Shown here: positions 18,577 to 28,800 of the stretch, one piece after another
Numbering within the stretch: the first letter of the stretch is position 1
How the letters are laid out: the number at the start of each line of letters is the position of its first letter
Assembly (NCBI GenBank): GCA_963713795.1
Contig: CAVQNC010000015.1
Coordinates: 124,892 to 188,891 of the forward strand
DNA from: an uncultured Chloroflexia bacterium
GTDB taxonomy: Bacteria > Chloroflexota > Limnocylindria > Limnocylindrales > CSP1-4
Reading direction: 5' to 3'
DNA length: 64,000 nucleotides
The notes under the pieces: generated by a model
The model's input: only the letters and a program-made list of their open reading frames with translations
Databases searched by the model: none
Told to the model about the DNA's origin: nothing
Position numbers and translations under genes: made by a program

Positions 18577-18778
18577 CGGTTCTTCCGCAACAACAACGAC
18601 ATTGGTCGTAAGCGAGCCGTGAGCCGCCGGTCGGGCCGACTACTCCCTATCTGGCGGCGGCCGAGTGCGAAACCACCCTCAGCCAATCGAGCCACGACAC
18701 TCAAGAGAGTCCCGTACGCGACAGGGGTCCTCGCCTTTGCCGCACAACACTACCCGGAGTGCTGTCACGCAAGAACCG
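18577..18778 (-). ncRNA. Candidate rod-shaped structured RNA (~150-200 nt)
   Basis: About ten nested stems centred on the loop at 18668-18673. Many pairs are G-U wobbles that work only on the minus strand. No credible ORF overlaps. See findings. Confidence 0.5.
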
Positions 18779-18832
18779 ACGGCCTGGAGGCCGGCCTTGC
18801 CGGCGGCGCCTGGGCGGGCCGTGCCATGCCCG

Positions 18833-19310
18833 CCGCGCCTCGTGGCGGGTCCTGCCGGTCGCCGCGCCTGGTGGCCGGTCGGCGGCCGCGACGCCTCGTG
18901 GCAGGTCGGCGGCGCCGGGTCGGGCCGTGTCAACCGGCCGCCCGGTGTGGCAGGTCGGCGCCACCGCGCCTCGTGGCGGGTCCTGCCGGTCGCCGCGCCT
19001 CGTGGCCGGTCGGCGGCGCCGAGTCGGCGCCGTTTCAACCGGCCGCCCGGTGTGGCAGGTCGGCGGCCGCGACGCCTCGTGGCAGGTCGGCTGCCACCGC
19101 GCCTCGTGGCGGGTCCTGCCGGTCGCCGGTCGGCTGCCGCCGCGCCCGGCGGCCGGTTGCGGCGCCTCCGGGCCGGTGGCGGCGCGCGGCGCCTCCGGGC
19201 CGGTTGACGGCGCGCGGCGCCTCGTGGCAGGTCGGCGGCGCCGGGTCGGGCCGTGTCAACCGGCCGCCCGGTGTGGCCCGGTCGGCGGCCGCGCCTGGTG
19301 GCCCGGTCGG
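18833..19310. repeat. Mosaic repeat array built on a GTGGCNGGTC core
   Basis: Core at 18842, 18871, 18898, 18947, 18973, 19002, 19052, 19079, 19106 and 19224, with variants at 19273 and 19298; longer modules are reused in shuffled order. Confidence 0.9.
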
Positions 19311-19360
19311 CGGCCGCGGCGGCCACGGCGCCAGGCGGCCGCGGCGCAGAATCCGGCCCG

Positions 19361-21709
19361 CTACGGATAGAGGCGGACCCGGCGGTACGGCTCGCGGCCG
19401 CGCGAGCGCGAGACGAGGTTCGCCCGTTCGGCCATCTGGTGCTGCAGCCGCCGTATGTATGCGTTCTGGGGCGAGAGCTCGACCGGCTCGGCCCGGTGGA
19501 TGACTAGACCGATCGCCTCTTCGGTCTCGCGCAGGGCGGCTTCCCGCGGATCGACCTCCAGCGAGAAGATCGACGTCAGGCTGGCTTCCATCTGGACGAT
19601 GGTGTTGCTCTTGAGCACGTAGATCGGCAGACCACGCTCCTCGACCTCGCGCAGAGTGGCCGTCTTCTGCCGGTACTCGCTCTTGAGCGTGATGGCCACG
19701 TCCGCCTCGTCCGGGTCGCGGGCGATGATGACCGGCAGCTGCAATTCCTTGATGGCGAGCTCGAGCCGCTTGCGGCTGATGCCGTGGGGCAGGACGCGCA
19801 GCGTCGGGAGAATGGTCCCGGCCTCTCGGACGCGGAGCACGGCACGGCCATCCTCGGCCTCGGCCGCCCCTCCACCGCCCAGCCGGACGACGTCCGCGAG
19901 CGCCTCATCGTCCTCGCCCAGCTCGTCTTCGAGATCCTCTCGCTCGTCCCCGCCGGCGTCGGACCTCCTGGCGGCAGGGGACGACTCGACGGAGCCCTCA
20001 CCGCCAACCCTTCGCAGCTCGGGCTCGGCGACCGGGCCCGCGGCCGACCCGGGACCAGCCTCGTCCTCGTCGAGCTCGTCGGCCCGATAGTCGTTCAGCG
20101 CCCGAGTCGCCTGCCTGGCCCATGACCGCTGCCTTTCGAGCTCGCGCAGTTCCCGGGCCCGCGGCTCCGGGACGGGAGCCGGCCCGCGCTCTATCGGGCC
20201 GCGATCGGCGATCTCACCGGCCAGGAAGGGCCCGCCTGACGCCTCCCCGGCCGAAGACGGCGGCAAGGCGAACCTCTCACCTGGGAGCGTCCGCGACCCG
20301 GGCCCCGGCCAGCTCGAGGCCCCGCCAGGGCCCCCGAAGCCGGCCGCTCCGCCCGCTCCGCCCGATCCGCCGACTCCACCCGATCCCCCCGCGCCGCTGC
20401 CTCCGGGGCCGCCGCCGGCCTCGTCGCCGCGCGTCCGCCGGGCGCCATCGCGGACCTCCCGCGCGCCCCGTGGCGGCGTGCGCCAGCCACCGCCGGCGCC
20501 GGGCCTGTAGCCGGGCCGCATCCCGCCGTGATCGGCGTCGCGCCAGTCGGACGGGGCCCGATACGAGCCCGAACCGCGCCAGCCGGGCTCCGTACGCCAG
20601 CCCGGACCGGCGCCGACCAGGCCGGCGAAACGATCGCTCCCAAACCGATCGCCGCCGTTCAGCGCTTCCCGGGGGGACGGCCTGGGACGGGATTGCGAGC
20701 GGTGCACGCCCGCCTCGTCCCGCCAGCGCAGCTCGGCCGAGATCGGGTCGCCGCGGAGCAGCGCGTCGATCGTCTCGGCCACGTCGGCGTGGACCGTCAC
20801 CTTCTCCCGATCCAGGATCTCCACGATGACGTCGAAGGTCGGCGGAGCCTTGCGCTCCAGGACGCTCTTCTGCGAGCGGCGGCGCCGCGCTTCCTCGTCG
20901 CCGAGGGTGACCGTCTGGATGCCGCCGATCAGGTCCGTCAGCGTGGGGTTGAGCATCAGGTTGTCGAGGTTGTTGCCGTGGGCGGTGCCGATCAGCTGGA
21001 CGCCGCGCTCGGCGATGGTCCGTGCCGCCTGCGCCTCCAGCTCGGTGCCGATCTCGTCGATGACGATGACCTCGGGCATGTGGTTCTCGACGGCCTCGAT
21101 CATGACCTCGTGCTGCAGAGATGGAGTTCGGACCTGCATGCGGCGGGCCCGACCTATGGCCGGATGTGGAATGTCGCCGTCGCCGGCGATCTCGTTCGAC
21201 GTGTCGACGACGACGACCCGCTTGCCGTGGTCCTCGGCCAGGACGCGAGCCGCCTCGCGCAGCATCGTCGTCTTGCCGATGCCCGGCCGGCCCATGATCA
21301 GGATGGACTTACCGGATTCCACGAAGTCGTTGATGATCTCGATCGTGCCGTAGACCGCGCGGCCGATGCGGCAGGTCAGGCCGACTATCTTGCCGGTCCG
21401 GTTGCGAATGGCGCTGATGCGGTGGAGCGTCCGCTCGATACCGGCCCGGTTGTCGTCGCCGAACGTGCCGATATGGTCGACCACGTACTTGATGTCGGCT
21501 TCGCCGATCTCGCGATCGAGGAGCGTCACCTCGCCGTCGGTGAAGCGCGCCTCGGGTCTCCGGCCGAGGTCCATGACGATCTCTATCAGCTGGGACGGAT
21601 CGGTCAGGTCGCGGACCGCCTGGTACACGTCGGGCGGGAGGGCGTTGAGGAGGAGAGTCAGGTCGTCGATCGTTTCGCGTCGGCGTGGCGTCGGCCCCTG
21701 GTCAGTCAC
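19361..21709 (-). CDS. Ycf45/SpoIIIAA-like AAA ATPase with C-terminal R3H domain
   Basis: [65 protein letters not shown]; C-terminal [13 protein letters not shown]...SRG.EP.RRV. Confidence 0.92.
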   Translation of the reverse strand: MTDQGPTPRRRETIDDLTLLLNALPPDVYQAVRDLTDPSQLIEIVMDLGRRPEARFTDGEVTLLDREIGEADIKYVVDHIGTFGDDNRAGIERTLHRISAIRNRTGKIVGLTCRIGRAVYGTIEIINDFVESGKSILIMGRPGIGKTTMLREAARVLAEDHGKRVVVVDTSNEIAGDGDIPHPAIGRARRMQVRTPSLQHEVMIEAVENHMPEVIVIDEIGTELEAQAARTIAERGVQLIGTAHGNNLDNLMLNPTLTDLIGGIQTVTLGDEEARRRRSQKSVLERKAPPTFDVIVEILDREKVTVHADVAETIDALLRGDPISAELRWRDEAGVHRSQSRPRPSPREALNGGDRFGSDRFAGLVGAGPGWRTEPGWRGSGSYRAPSDWRDADHGGMRPGYRPGAGGGWRTPPRGAREVRDGARRTRGDEAGGGPGGSGAGGSGGVGGSGGAGGAAGFGGPGGASSWPGPGSRTLPGERFALPPSSAGEASGGPFLAGEIADRGPIERGPAPVPEPRARELRELERQRSWARQATRALNDYRADELDEDEAGPGSAAGPVAEPELRRVGGEGSVESSPAARRSDAGGDEREDLEDELGEDDEALADVVRLGGGGAAEAEDGRAVLRVREAGTILPTLRVLPHGISRKRLELAIKELQLPVIIARDPDEADVAITLKSEYRQKTATLREVEERGLPIYVLKSNTIVQMEASLTSIFSLEVDPREAALRETEEAIGLVIHRAEPVELSPQNAYIRRLQHQMAERANLVSRSRGREPYRRVRLYP

Positions 21710-21731
21710 GTGTCCTCCTGAGGTCTTGCAT

Positions 21732-22763
21732 CTAGCGTACCGCCGGGACCAGCGCGGGTTCCGCCACGCGCACGACGGCCTCCTTCATCAGGAGGGTCAC
21801 CGTGTCGAGATCGACGAAGCCGGCCTCCTCGAGGCGGCGGTCGATGGGCGATTCGTAGGTTCGAACGGGAGCCAGGACCCCGTTGTCCGGGCAGCCGCCG
21901 CCTCTCCCGACTCGCGCCGCCAGGAGCCCCAGGCCGAAGTCCACGATGGGGCTGACGTCCGCCTCGGGCCGGGCCAGGACCCTGAGGTAGTGGGGCTGTT
22001 CCTCGCGGGCGACGCCCAGCTGAAGCAGCGCCACGACCCCGCCGATGCCGTCGCCGTGATCCACCTGCACGTAGGCCTCCATCTCCGCGAAACGAAGGAT
22101 CGGGGCCAGGCTCGATCGCGGAACGCGGGAGGCGGAACCCTGGCGCTCCCAGTCGGACAGCCGGTATGACTCGAGCCGGAGGACCGGTTGAGGCGTGACC
22201 GCCGCATACAGCCGAGCCAGCGCCAGGGCGTCCAGGGGTCCGCACGGCCGTATCCCGGCGGCCCTCGTCTGCTCCTCGGGCCACGGCGGAGGCAGCGGCA
22301 CTTCCGTGCCGCGGAAGAGCAGCCGCTCCTGCCCGTATCGGGCGAAGCCCGCCTGCATGAAGAGCTCGGGGTTGCCCTGGCCGTCCGAGCAGGCCACGTG
22401 GAAGCGAATCGCGCCCCGCTTGGCGCCGTCGCGCAGGAGGTGCTGGACGAGGCGGAACCGGGTATCGCCGGAATCGCCCGAGCCTATCGCGTCCAGCTCC
22501 ACGATCGTCCACTCGTCGCGGGAGGCGTCGCGCTCGACCCGAAGGAGGCCGGATATGCGGCGCTCGTCCTCGTAGACGAAGAGCAGGTCGTTGGGGCGGA
22601 AGGCGCCCAGAGGAAGTCGGAAGAGGCTGAAGACGCCGATGCGCGGCCCGCTCACCGGCAGGCCGAGGGAGCGCGCGTCGACGTTGTCCTGCTGGGAGAG
22701 CCGGGACAGCTCGCCGATCGCGGCCAGGTCGGTCAGGCGGGCCAGGCGGACTCGGCCGCTCAC
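21732..22763 (-). CDS. Tandem GNAT-fold protein
   Basis: Two halves start with VRLARLTDL / IRPCGPLD and end with LFMQAGF / LEEAGF; GTG start overlaps the pdxT stop. Confidence 0.6.
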   Translation of the reverse strand: MSGRVRLARLTDLAAIGELSRLSQQDNVDARSLGLPVSGPRIGVFSLFRLPLGAFRPNDLLFVYEDERRISGLLRVERDASRDEWTIVELDAIGSGDSGDTRFRLVQHLLRDGAKRGAIRFHVACSDGQGNPELFMQAGFARYGQERLLFRGTEVPLPPPWPEEQTRAAGIRPCGPLDALALARLYAAVTPQPVLRLESYRLSDWERQGSASRVPRSSLAPILRFAEMEAYVQVDHGDGIGGVVALLQLGVAREEQPHYLRVLARPEADVSPIVDFGLGLLAARVGRGGGCPDNGVLAPVRTYESPIDRRLEEAGFVDLDTVTLLMKEAVVRVAEPALVPAVR

Positions 22764-23398
22764 ATGGCCTCCCCGAGGGACCACGGCTCGGTCCCCCGCG
22801 CGGCGGTCCCCTCTCCCGGTTCGGCGTACTCGCTCGCCATGGCGGCTATGAGGCGGTGGATGCGCGTCTCGCCGGCGAGTTCGGGGTGGAACGCGATGGC
22901 GATCACGTTCCGCTGCCTCACCGCCACGACGCGATGGTCGGGCAGCCTGGCCAGAACCTCCACGCCCGGTCCCACTCGTTCGATTATGGGGGCTCTGATG
23001 AAGATCGCGTGCACCGGCCGGTCGCCCACGATGGGCATGGACAGTTCGGTCTCGAACGAATCGAGCTGGCGCCCGAAGGCGTTCCGCTCGACCGTCACGT
23101 CGAGCAGCGGGAAGACGGGCTCCTCACCTCCGGCGATCTGCTTCGCGACCACGATCATGCCCGCGCAGGTCCCGAGTATCGGCGCCCCGGACCGGGCCAG
23201 GGCCATGACCGGCTCGCGCAAATTCCACCTGGCCACCAGCTTGCGCATGGTGGTGCTCTCCCCGCCGGGCAGGATCAACCCGGAGAGTCCTTCGAGATCC
23301 TCGGGCAGGCGGACCGCGACCGGCTCTACGCCGATCGACCGCAGGACCTGGATATGCTCGATGACGGCGCCGTGAAGCGCCAGTACGCCAATTCTCAT
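22760..23398 (-). CDS. pdxT: PLP synthase glutaminase subunit
   Basis: IGVLALHG, LPGGESTT, GTCAGMI, RNAFGRQ.DSFE, FIRAP, FHPEL. Confidence 0.97.
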   Translation of the reverse strand: MRIGVLALHGAVIEHIQVLRSIGVEPVAVRLPEDLEGLSGLILPGGESTTMRKLVARWNLREPVMALARSGAPILGTCAGMIVVAKQIAGGEEPVFPLLDVTVERNAFGRQLDSFETELSMPIVGDRPVHAIFIRAPIIERVGPGVEVLARLPDHRVVAVRQRNVIAIAFHPELAGETRIHRLIAAMASEYAEPGEGTAARGTEPWSLGEAM

Positions 23399-23453
23399 CA
23401 CGCGCTCCGGGTTCGCAGCGGTCCCAAGCGACCGTGCGTCCCGCTACGCCGGG

Positions 23454-24341
23454 CTACCAGCCCCGGACTGCCAGACGATCGGCTTCGGGGATCGTGACCG
23501 CGGCGATGCCGCGCATCGGGCTGCCCAGACCCTTCGAAACATCGGCGATGATCCTGGGGTTGTCGAAGTGGAGGGTGGCCTGGACGATCGCCTCCGCCGT
23601 CTTCGCCGGGTTCTCGCTCTTGAAGATGCCCGATCCGACGAAGACTCCCTCGGCACCCAGCTGCATGGCCAGGGCCGCGTCGGCCGGAATGGCGATCCCG
23701 CCGGCCACGAAGTTGACGACCGGCAGCTTGCCCTCGGCCGCGACCTGCTTGACCAGGTCGTACGGGGCATCCATCTCCTTGGCGGCGACGAACAGCTCGT
23801 CCTCCCGCATCGAGCCAAGGCGGCGGATCTCGGACATCAGCGTGCGGATGTGCCGGACCGCCTCGACAATGTCGCCGGTGCCGGCCTCGCCCTTGGTCCG
23901 GATCATCGCCGCGCCCTCGTTGATGCGGCGCAGCGCCTCGCCCAGGTTTCGGCAGCCGCACACGAACGGGACCTTGAAGGCGTGCTTGTCGATGTGATTG
24001 ACCTCGTCGGCCGGAGTCAAGACCTCCGACTCGTCGATGTAGTCGACGCCGAGGGCCTCCAGCACCTGCGCCTCGACGAAGTGCCCGATCCGGGCCTTGG
24101 CCATGACCGGGATGCTGACCGCCGCCATGATCCCCTCGATCATCAGCGGATCGCTCATTCGGGCCACGCCGCCGGCCGCGCGGATGTCCGACGGGACCCT
24201 CTCGAGGGCCATCACGGCGCATGCCCCGGCGTCCTCGGCGATCCTGGCGTGCTCGGGAGTGACGACGTCCATGATGACGCCGCCCTTGAGCATCTGGGCG
24301 AGGCCTTTCTTGGTGGCCCAGGTGGACGTCTCGGCGGTCAT
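23454..24341 (-). CDS. pdxS: PLP synthase lyase subunit
   Basis: [54 protein letters not shown]. Confidence 0.98.
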   Translation of the reverse strand: MTAETSTWATKKGLAQMLKGGVIMDVVTPEHARIAEDAGACAVMALERVPSDIRAAGGVARMSDPLMIEGIMAAVSIPVMAKARIGHFVEAQVLEALGVDYIDESEVLTPADEVNHIDKHAFKVPFVCGCRNLGEALRRINEGAAMIRTKGEAGTGDIVEAVRHIRTLMSEIRRLGSMREDELFVAAKEMDAPYDLVKQVAAEGKLPVVNFVAGGIAIPADAALAMQLGAEGVFVGSGIFKSENPAKTAEAIVQATLHFDNPRIIADVSKGLGSPMRGIAAVTIPEADRLAVRGW

Positions 24342-24419
24342 TGGCAGAGTCCAATCCTCAACTTCGGCGAGGCTGCGGGGCGTGTCCCGACGCGGTATCG
24401 ACCCGCTCCACGCGCCGGA

Positions 24420-24425
24420 ATTATA
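24420..24425 (-). promoter_or_regulatory. Consensus -10 element (TATAAT) upstream of pdxS
   Basis: Perfect TATAAT on the minus strand about 80 nt before the pdxS ATG, in otherwise GC-rich DNA. Confidence 0.6.
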
Positions 24426-24603
24426 CGCGGCGGGGCCGGTTCCCCCGACCCTCGACCCCGGCGGTGCATCGCATGCACTCCGGGCCGGGTTTGCGAATGT
24501 GCATCGGACCGCAACCGGACGCTAAGCCCGGGCGGCTCTCGCGGCCTCGAAGCTGAGCCGTCTCGTGTCATCCTGTGGCCACGCAAGCCAGGGAGGGGAG
24601 TTC

Positions 24604-25218
24604 GTGTTCACGTTCACCGACGGCCAGCTGGTCCTCATACCCGGCTTCGTCGCCCTGCTGCCGGCCGTCCCGATCGCGGCCTGGATCCTGCGGCGAGGCG
24701 CCGACCTGCGCTGGAAGCTCATGGCGCTGCTTGCCCTCGTACACATCGCGATGGTCGTCGCACTGACGATCTTTCCGATCCCGATCGGCGGCCAGGAGTA
24801 CTACCGCCTTACCAGAGGCATGAGCGACGACAACATCGTTCCCTTCGCGACGATCGCCGGGCAGCTCCAGCACCTCAGCCCGAACACGGCCCGGCAGCTG
24901 TTCGGCAACGCCGTGGCGCTCGCACCGCTGGGCATCTACGGCCCGGGCCTCTGGCCGGCCCTGCGCGACTGGCGCCGCTTCGCCCTCGTCGCCGTGGCCT
25001 TCGGGCTCGGCATCGAGACGGCGCAATACGCCGGCTCGTTGCTGGAGGGCTTCAGCTACCGGATCACCGACATCGACGACGCGATCATGAACGCCGCAGG
25101 CGCCCTGGCGGCCTTCGCCGCCTGGCGCTGGTTCCTCGGGAGCGGATTCGCCGCCGGACTGGCGGCTCGCGTGTCAGACTCAACCGATGCAGCCCGAGAC
25201 GCCCAGGATCCTGGCTGA
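24604..25218 (+). CDS. VanZ family membrane protein
   Basis: NIVPF.TI, GN...LAPLG, GIETAQ, RITDIDDAIMN..G; GGAGG RBS before GTG 24604. Confidence 0.85.
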   Translation: MFTFTDGQLVLIPGFVALLPAVPIAAWILRRGADLRWKLMALLALVHIAMVVALTIFPIPIGGQEYYRLTRGMSDDNIVPFATIAGQLQHLSPNTARQLFGNAVALAPLGIYGPGLWPALRDWRRFALVAVAFGLGIETAQYAGSLLEGFSYRITDIDDAIMNAAGALAAFAAWRWFLGSGFAAGLAARVSDSTDAARDAQDPG

Positions 25219-25882
25219 GGTCGCCACCGAGGTCGTCGCGTGCCGCCGCTGTCCCCGACTCGTCGAGTGGCGCGAGGAAGCGGCCGCGCGACCGCCGGCG
25301 CGCTACCTCGGCCAGCCGTACTGGGCTCGGCCGCTGCCGGGATTGGGGGACCCGAGGGCCCGCGTCGTGGTCGTGGGACTCGCCCCCGCCGCCCACGGCG
25401 GCAATCGTACCGGCCGGCTCTTCACCGGCGATAGATCGGGCGACTTCCTCTTCGCCTCCCTGCATCGGACCGGGTTCGCGAGCCAGCCGACCTCGGTATC
25501 CGTCGACGACGGGCTGATGCTCCTGGACCTCTACCTCACGGCCGTCGTTCGCTGCGCCCCGCCCGACAACAAGCCGGCTCCTGACGAACGCGCCCGCTGC
25601 CTGCCGTACCTCCTCCGCGAACTCGATGCGCTCCGGGAAGCACGGGTCGTGGTCGCCCTCGGAGCGTTCGCCTGGGACGGCGCGATGCGAGCCATGGCCG
25701 AGCTCGGCTATCGAGCCACTCCCCGGCCGTCCTTCGGCCACCTGGCCGAAGCCCACCTGGGGCCGCTGACCCTCCTCGGCTCCTACCACCCCAGCCAGCA
25801 GAACACCTTCACGGGCCGGCTGACTCCTCCGATGCTCGATGCGGTGATGGTCCGCGCCCGGGCCCTGGCGAACCTGATCTGA
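25187..25882 (+). CDS. udgB: Uracil-DNA glycosylase family 5 (UdgB-like, Fe-S)
   Basis: CRRCPRL, GLAPAAHGGNRTGR.FTGDRSG, RCAPPDNKP, YHPSQQNT.TG. Confidence 0.9.
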   Translation: MQPETPRILAEVATEVVACRRCPRLVEWREEAAARPPARYLGQPYWARPLPGLGDPRARVVVVGLAPAAHGGNRTGRLFTGDRSGDFLFASLHRTGFASQPTSVSVDDGLMLLDLYLTAVVRCAPPDNKPAPDERARCLPYLLRELDALREARVVVALGAFAWDGAMRAMAELGYRATPRPSFGHLAEAHLGPLTLLGSYHPSQQNTFTGRLTPPMLDAVMVRARALANLI

Positions 25883-25891
25883 CGGGCCGGA

Positions 25892-28800
25892 GTGAGCGAG
25901 CCGGTGGCGCACAGTCTTCGGCGCCTGAGCCTCGCCCGCGCAGTCGTCCGGCGTAGCCGCTCCGACTGGCCCCTGGTCCTGGCGGCGTGGCTCCTTCTGG
26001 CCTGCGCGACCAGCCTGATCACGGCCGCCGCGACCTATTCCGAAAGCGTCTCCCTGGGCGGCTTCCGCGGCGTGATCGAGGCCGCGCCCGCCTCCACCAG
26101 CGCGGTCCGGGTCCAGGCGACCGTCGGGGCCGGCGAGATCGACAGCGAGGACAGAGCGGTCGAGCCGATCGTCGGACAGGTGCTCGGCTCGTTCCCGGGC
26201 CGAGCTTCGCTGATCGCCACAACCGACGGCCTCTCTCTGGCGGGCGTCGACGCCTCGGACGCCACGCGGCAGATCCTGGTCGGCGCCTACGCGGGACTCG
26301 ACGCGCACGCCGCGCTCACGGCCGGCCACTGGGCGCGGCCCGGCGGCTCGCCCGTCCAGGCAACCCTCTCCGACGGGGCGGCGGCGGCCCTGGGAGTCTC
26401 GCTTGGGGAGCGGGTGGGCCTGACCAGCAAGCTCGACCCGTCGTGGCATGCCGAGGTGGTCGTCGTCGGCCTGTGGCGGCCTGACCCGCAGGATCGCTAC
26501 TGGCTTGGTTCGCCGCTGGAGCTGACCGGCGTCCAGACCACCGGCTCGGCCACGACCCGGGGGCCGTTCGTGGTCGCCGCGCCGGACCTGCCCGCTCTCG
26601 CGGGCAGCGCCAGCGTGAACCTCGAGTGGCGCTGGCTGCCGGACATCGGATCGCTCCGGCCGGACGGCGCGAACGCGCTCGTCGCCGCCATAGCCACGCT
26701 CGGCGACCGCCTCGGGGTCGCGAATCCCGGCACCTATGTCTGGGTCGACTCGGGCCTGCCGGCGGCGCTCACGGCGGCGTCGACGGCGCTGCTCGTGGCC
26801 CAGAGCAGCATCTGGCTTCTCTTCGCCCAGTTCGCCGTGCTGGCCGTGTACGCCATCCTCCTGGTGGCCGGCATGCTCGTCGAGCGGCGCCGGCCGGAGG
26901 CGGCGTTGCTGCGCTCGCGCGGCGCCTCGTCCGCCCACCTCGCGCTGCTTGCCTTCGGCGAGGCGGCCCTGCTGGCCGTGCCGGCGGTGGCAGTCGCGCC
27001 GTTCGTGGCGCAGTTACTCGTCCGGCTGGTAGGCGCCGTCGGTCCCCTGGCCTCGGCCGGGGTGCTGGTCCCGGTCGGCATCGACGGCACGGTCGTGGCC
27101 GCGGCCGCGGCCGCCGGCATAGGCTGCGTCGTCGTCCTGACCCTGCCGGCGCTGCCGGGAGCCGGCACGCTGTCCGGGGTTCGCGCGGCCCTGGGCCGAC
27201 AGGTCGGCCGGACGCTGGCCCAGCGGCTAGGCCTGGACCTGGCCCTGCTCGTAGTGGCCGCGATCGCCATCTGGCAGCTCCAGCTGTACGGGGCGCCGCT
27301 GACACGGACGGTCCGCGGAGACCTGGGCATCGACCCGCTCCTGGTCGCGGCGCCGGCCATCGGCCTGCTGGCAGGCGCCCTGTTCGCCACGCGGGCCGTG
27401 CCGCGACTCGGCGAAGTCGGCGAACGGCTGCTGGGGCGCGGGGCCGGGCTGATGGCGCCGCTTCTGGCCCGCCAGATCGGGCGGCGGCCGCTGCGCTACA
27501 CGCGGCTTGCCCTGCTGCTCATGCTGGCCGCCGCGCTCGGTACGTTCGCGGCAACGTTCGCGGCCACGTGGACCAGATCGCAGACCGACCAGGCGGCCTA
27601 CCAGGCGGCCTCCGACGAGCGCGTGACCGTTGCCGGTTACCCGGCCCTGCCGGACTGGGCCCTCGGCACCGCCTATGCCGCCATCCCCGGGGTGACGGCG
27701 GCGGACCCGGTAGTGCGCGAGGCATTCGACGTCGGCCGGGACGTGGCCGGCGGGGAGCTGCTTGCCGTGGACCCGGGGATGACGGCAGACCTCGCGTCGA
27801 TCCCCGAGGGCGCATTCTCGAGCTCTTCGGCAGACGCCCTGGCCGGTTTGGCCGCGTCGCCGAAGGCCGCGATGGCCGCCCTTCCCGGCCGCCCGGCGAG
27901 GCTCGCGGTGACCCTCGACACGGCCCTGGCGGACGCCGGCGCGGCCGGCCGGCCGCCCGACCCGGCCTCTTCCTCCGCGGCGATTGACATCTCCGTGGTC
28001 ATCGCCGACGCCAACGGCCTGCACCGTTTCGACGGCGGCGACGTCGCCCTGGCGGCGACGCCGGCCCGGGTCGCGATCGGTCTCACGACCTCGGCCGACG
28101 GGACGATCTATCGACCGGCCTATCCGCTCCTCCTGGAATCCGTCGAGATCGAGCTGATCGCGCCGAACCTGTCGCAGCTGGGCGGCACCATCGAGTTGGC
28201 GGGTCTTGAAGCCAGCCAAGCCGCGACCGGGAACGACTGGCAGACGGTCGCGCTTCCACCGGCGGCGGCCGGCTGGGGCTGGAGCCGCGTCGAGGACGAG
28301 ACCGCCCTGCCCTATCAGCCACCCGCAGGTCGCCCCGGCCTGATCTCGATCGGTGGCGGCACCGACCAATCTCCAACCCTTACCCAGCCGCTCGTCAGCG
28401 CCGGCGTCGTCTTCCGCTACTGGGCGATCCCGGCCGGGCCGTCCGCCATTCCGGCCATAGCCGACGCGCAGCTGCTGGACTCCACCGGCGCCCGCCCTGG
28501 CGACACGATCCTGGCTTCGCGGTCGGGCTTCCAGTCGCCGGTCCGCATCGTCGGCACGGCCGCCGACTTTCCCACCCTCGACCCGTCCGGGTCGTTCCTG
28601 ATCGTCGATCGGTCCGCGCTCGAACTCGTCGACTACGCCAACTGGGGTCTCGTCGACAGCGCCGGTGAGTGGTGGCTGGCCGTCACGCCCGGACGGGACG
28701 CCGAGGTCGTGGCCAGCCTGTCCGGCGGGCCGTATTCGGTGGCGTCGGTCGTCAGTCGCGCCCAGCTCGAGAGCGCCATGCAGGCGGACCCGATCGCCCT

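Noticed and set aside
18577-18778. Rod RNA as SRP RNA or tRNA
   Set aside because: There is no CAGG..GGAA..AGCAG SRP domain-IV motif and no cloverleaf or T-loop.
17465-19310. Repeat arrays as CRISPR
   Set aside because: Intervening sequences are themselves repeated, unit lengths are irregular, repeats are degenerate, and no cas genes are in the window.
18021-19503. ORFs 18021-18704, 18415-19503 and 18679-19326 as genes
   Set aside because: Low-complexity Arg/Gly/Pro translations with no clear RBS; the underlying repeats change frame.
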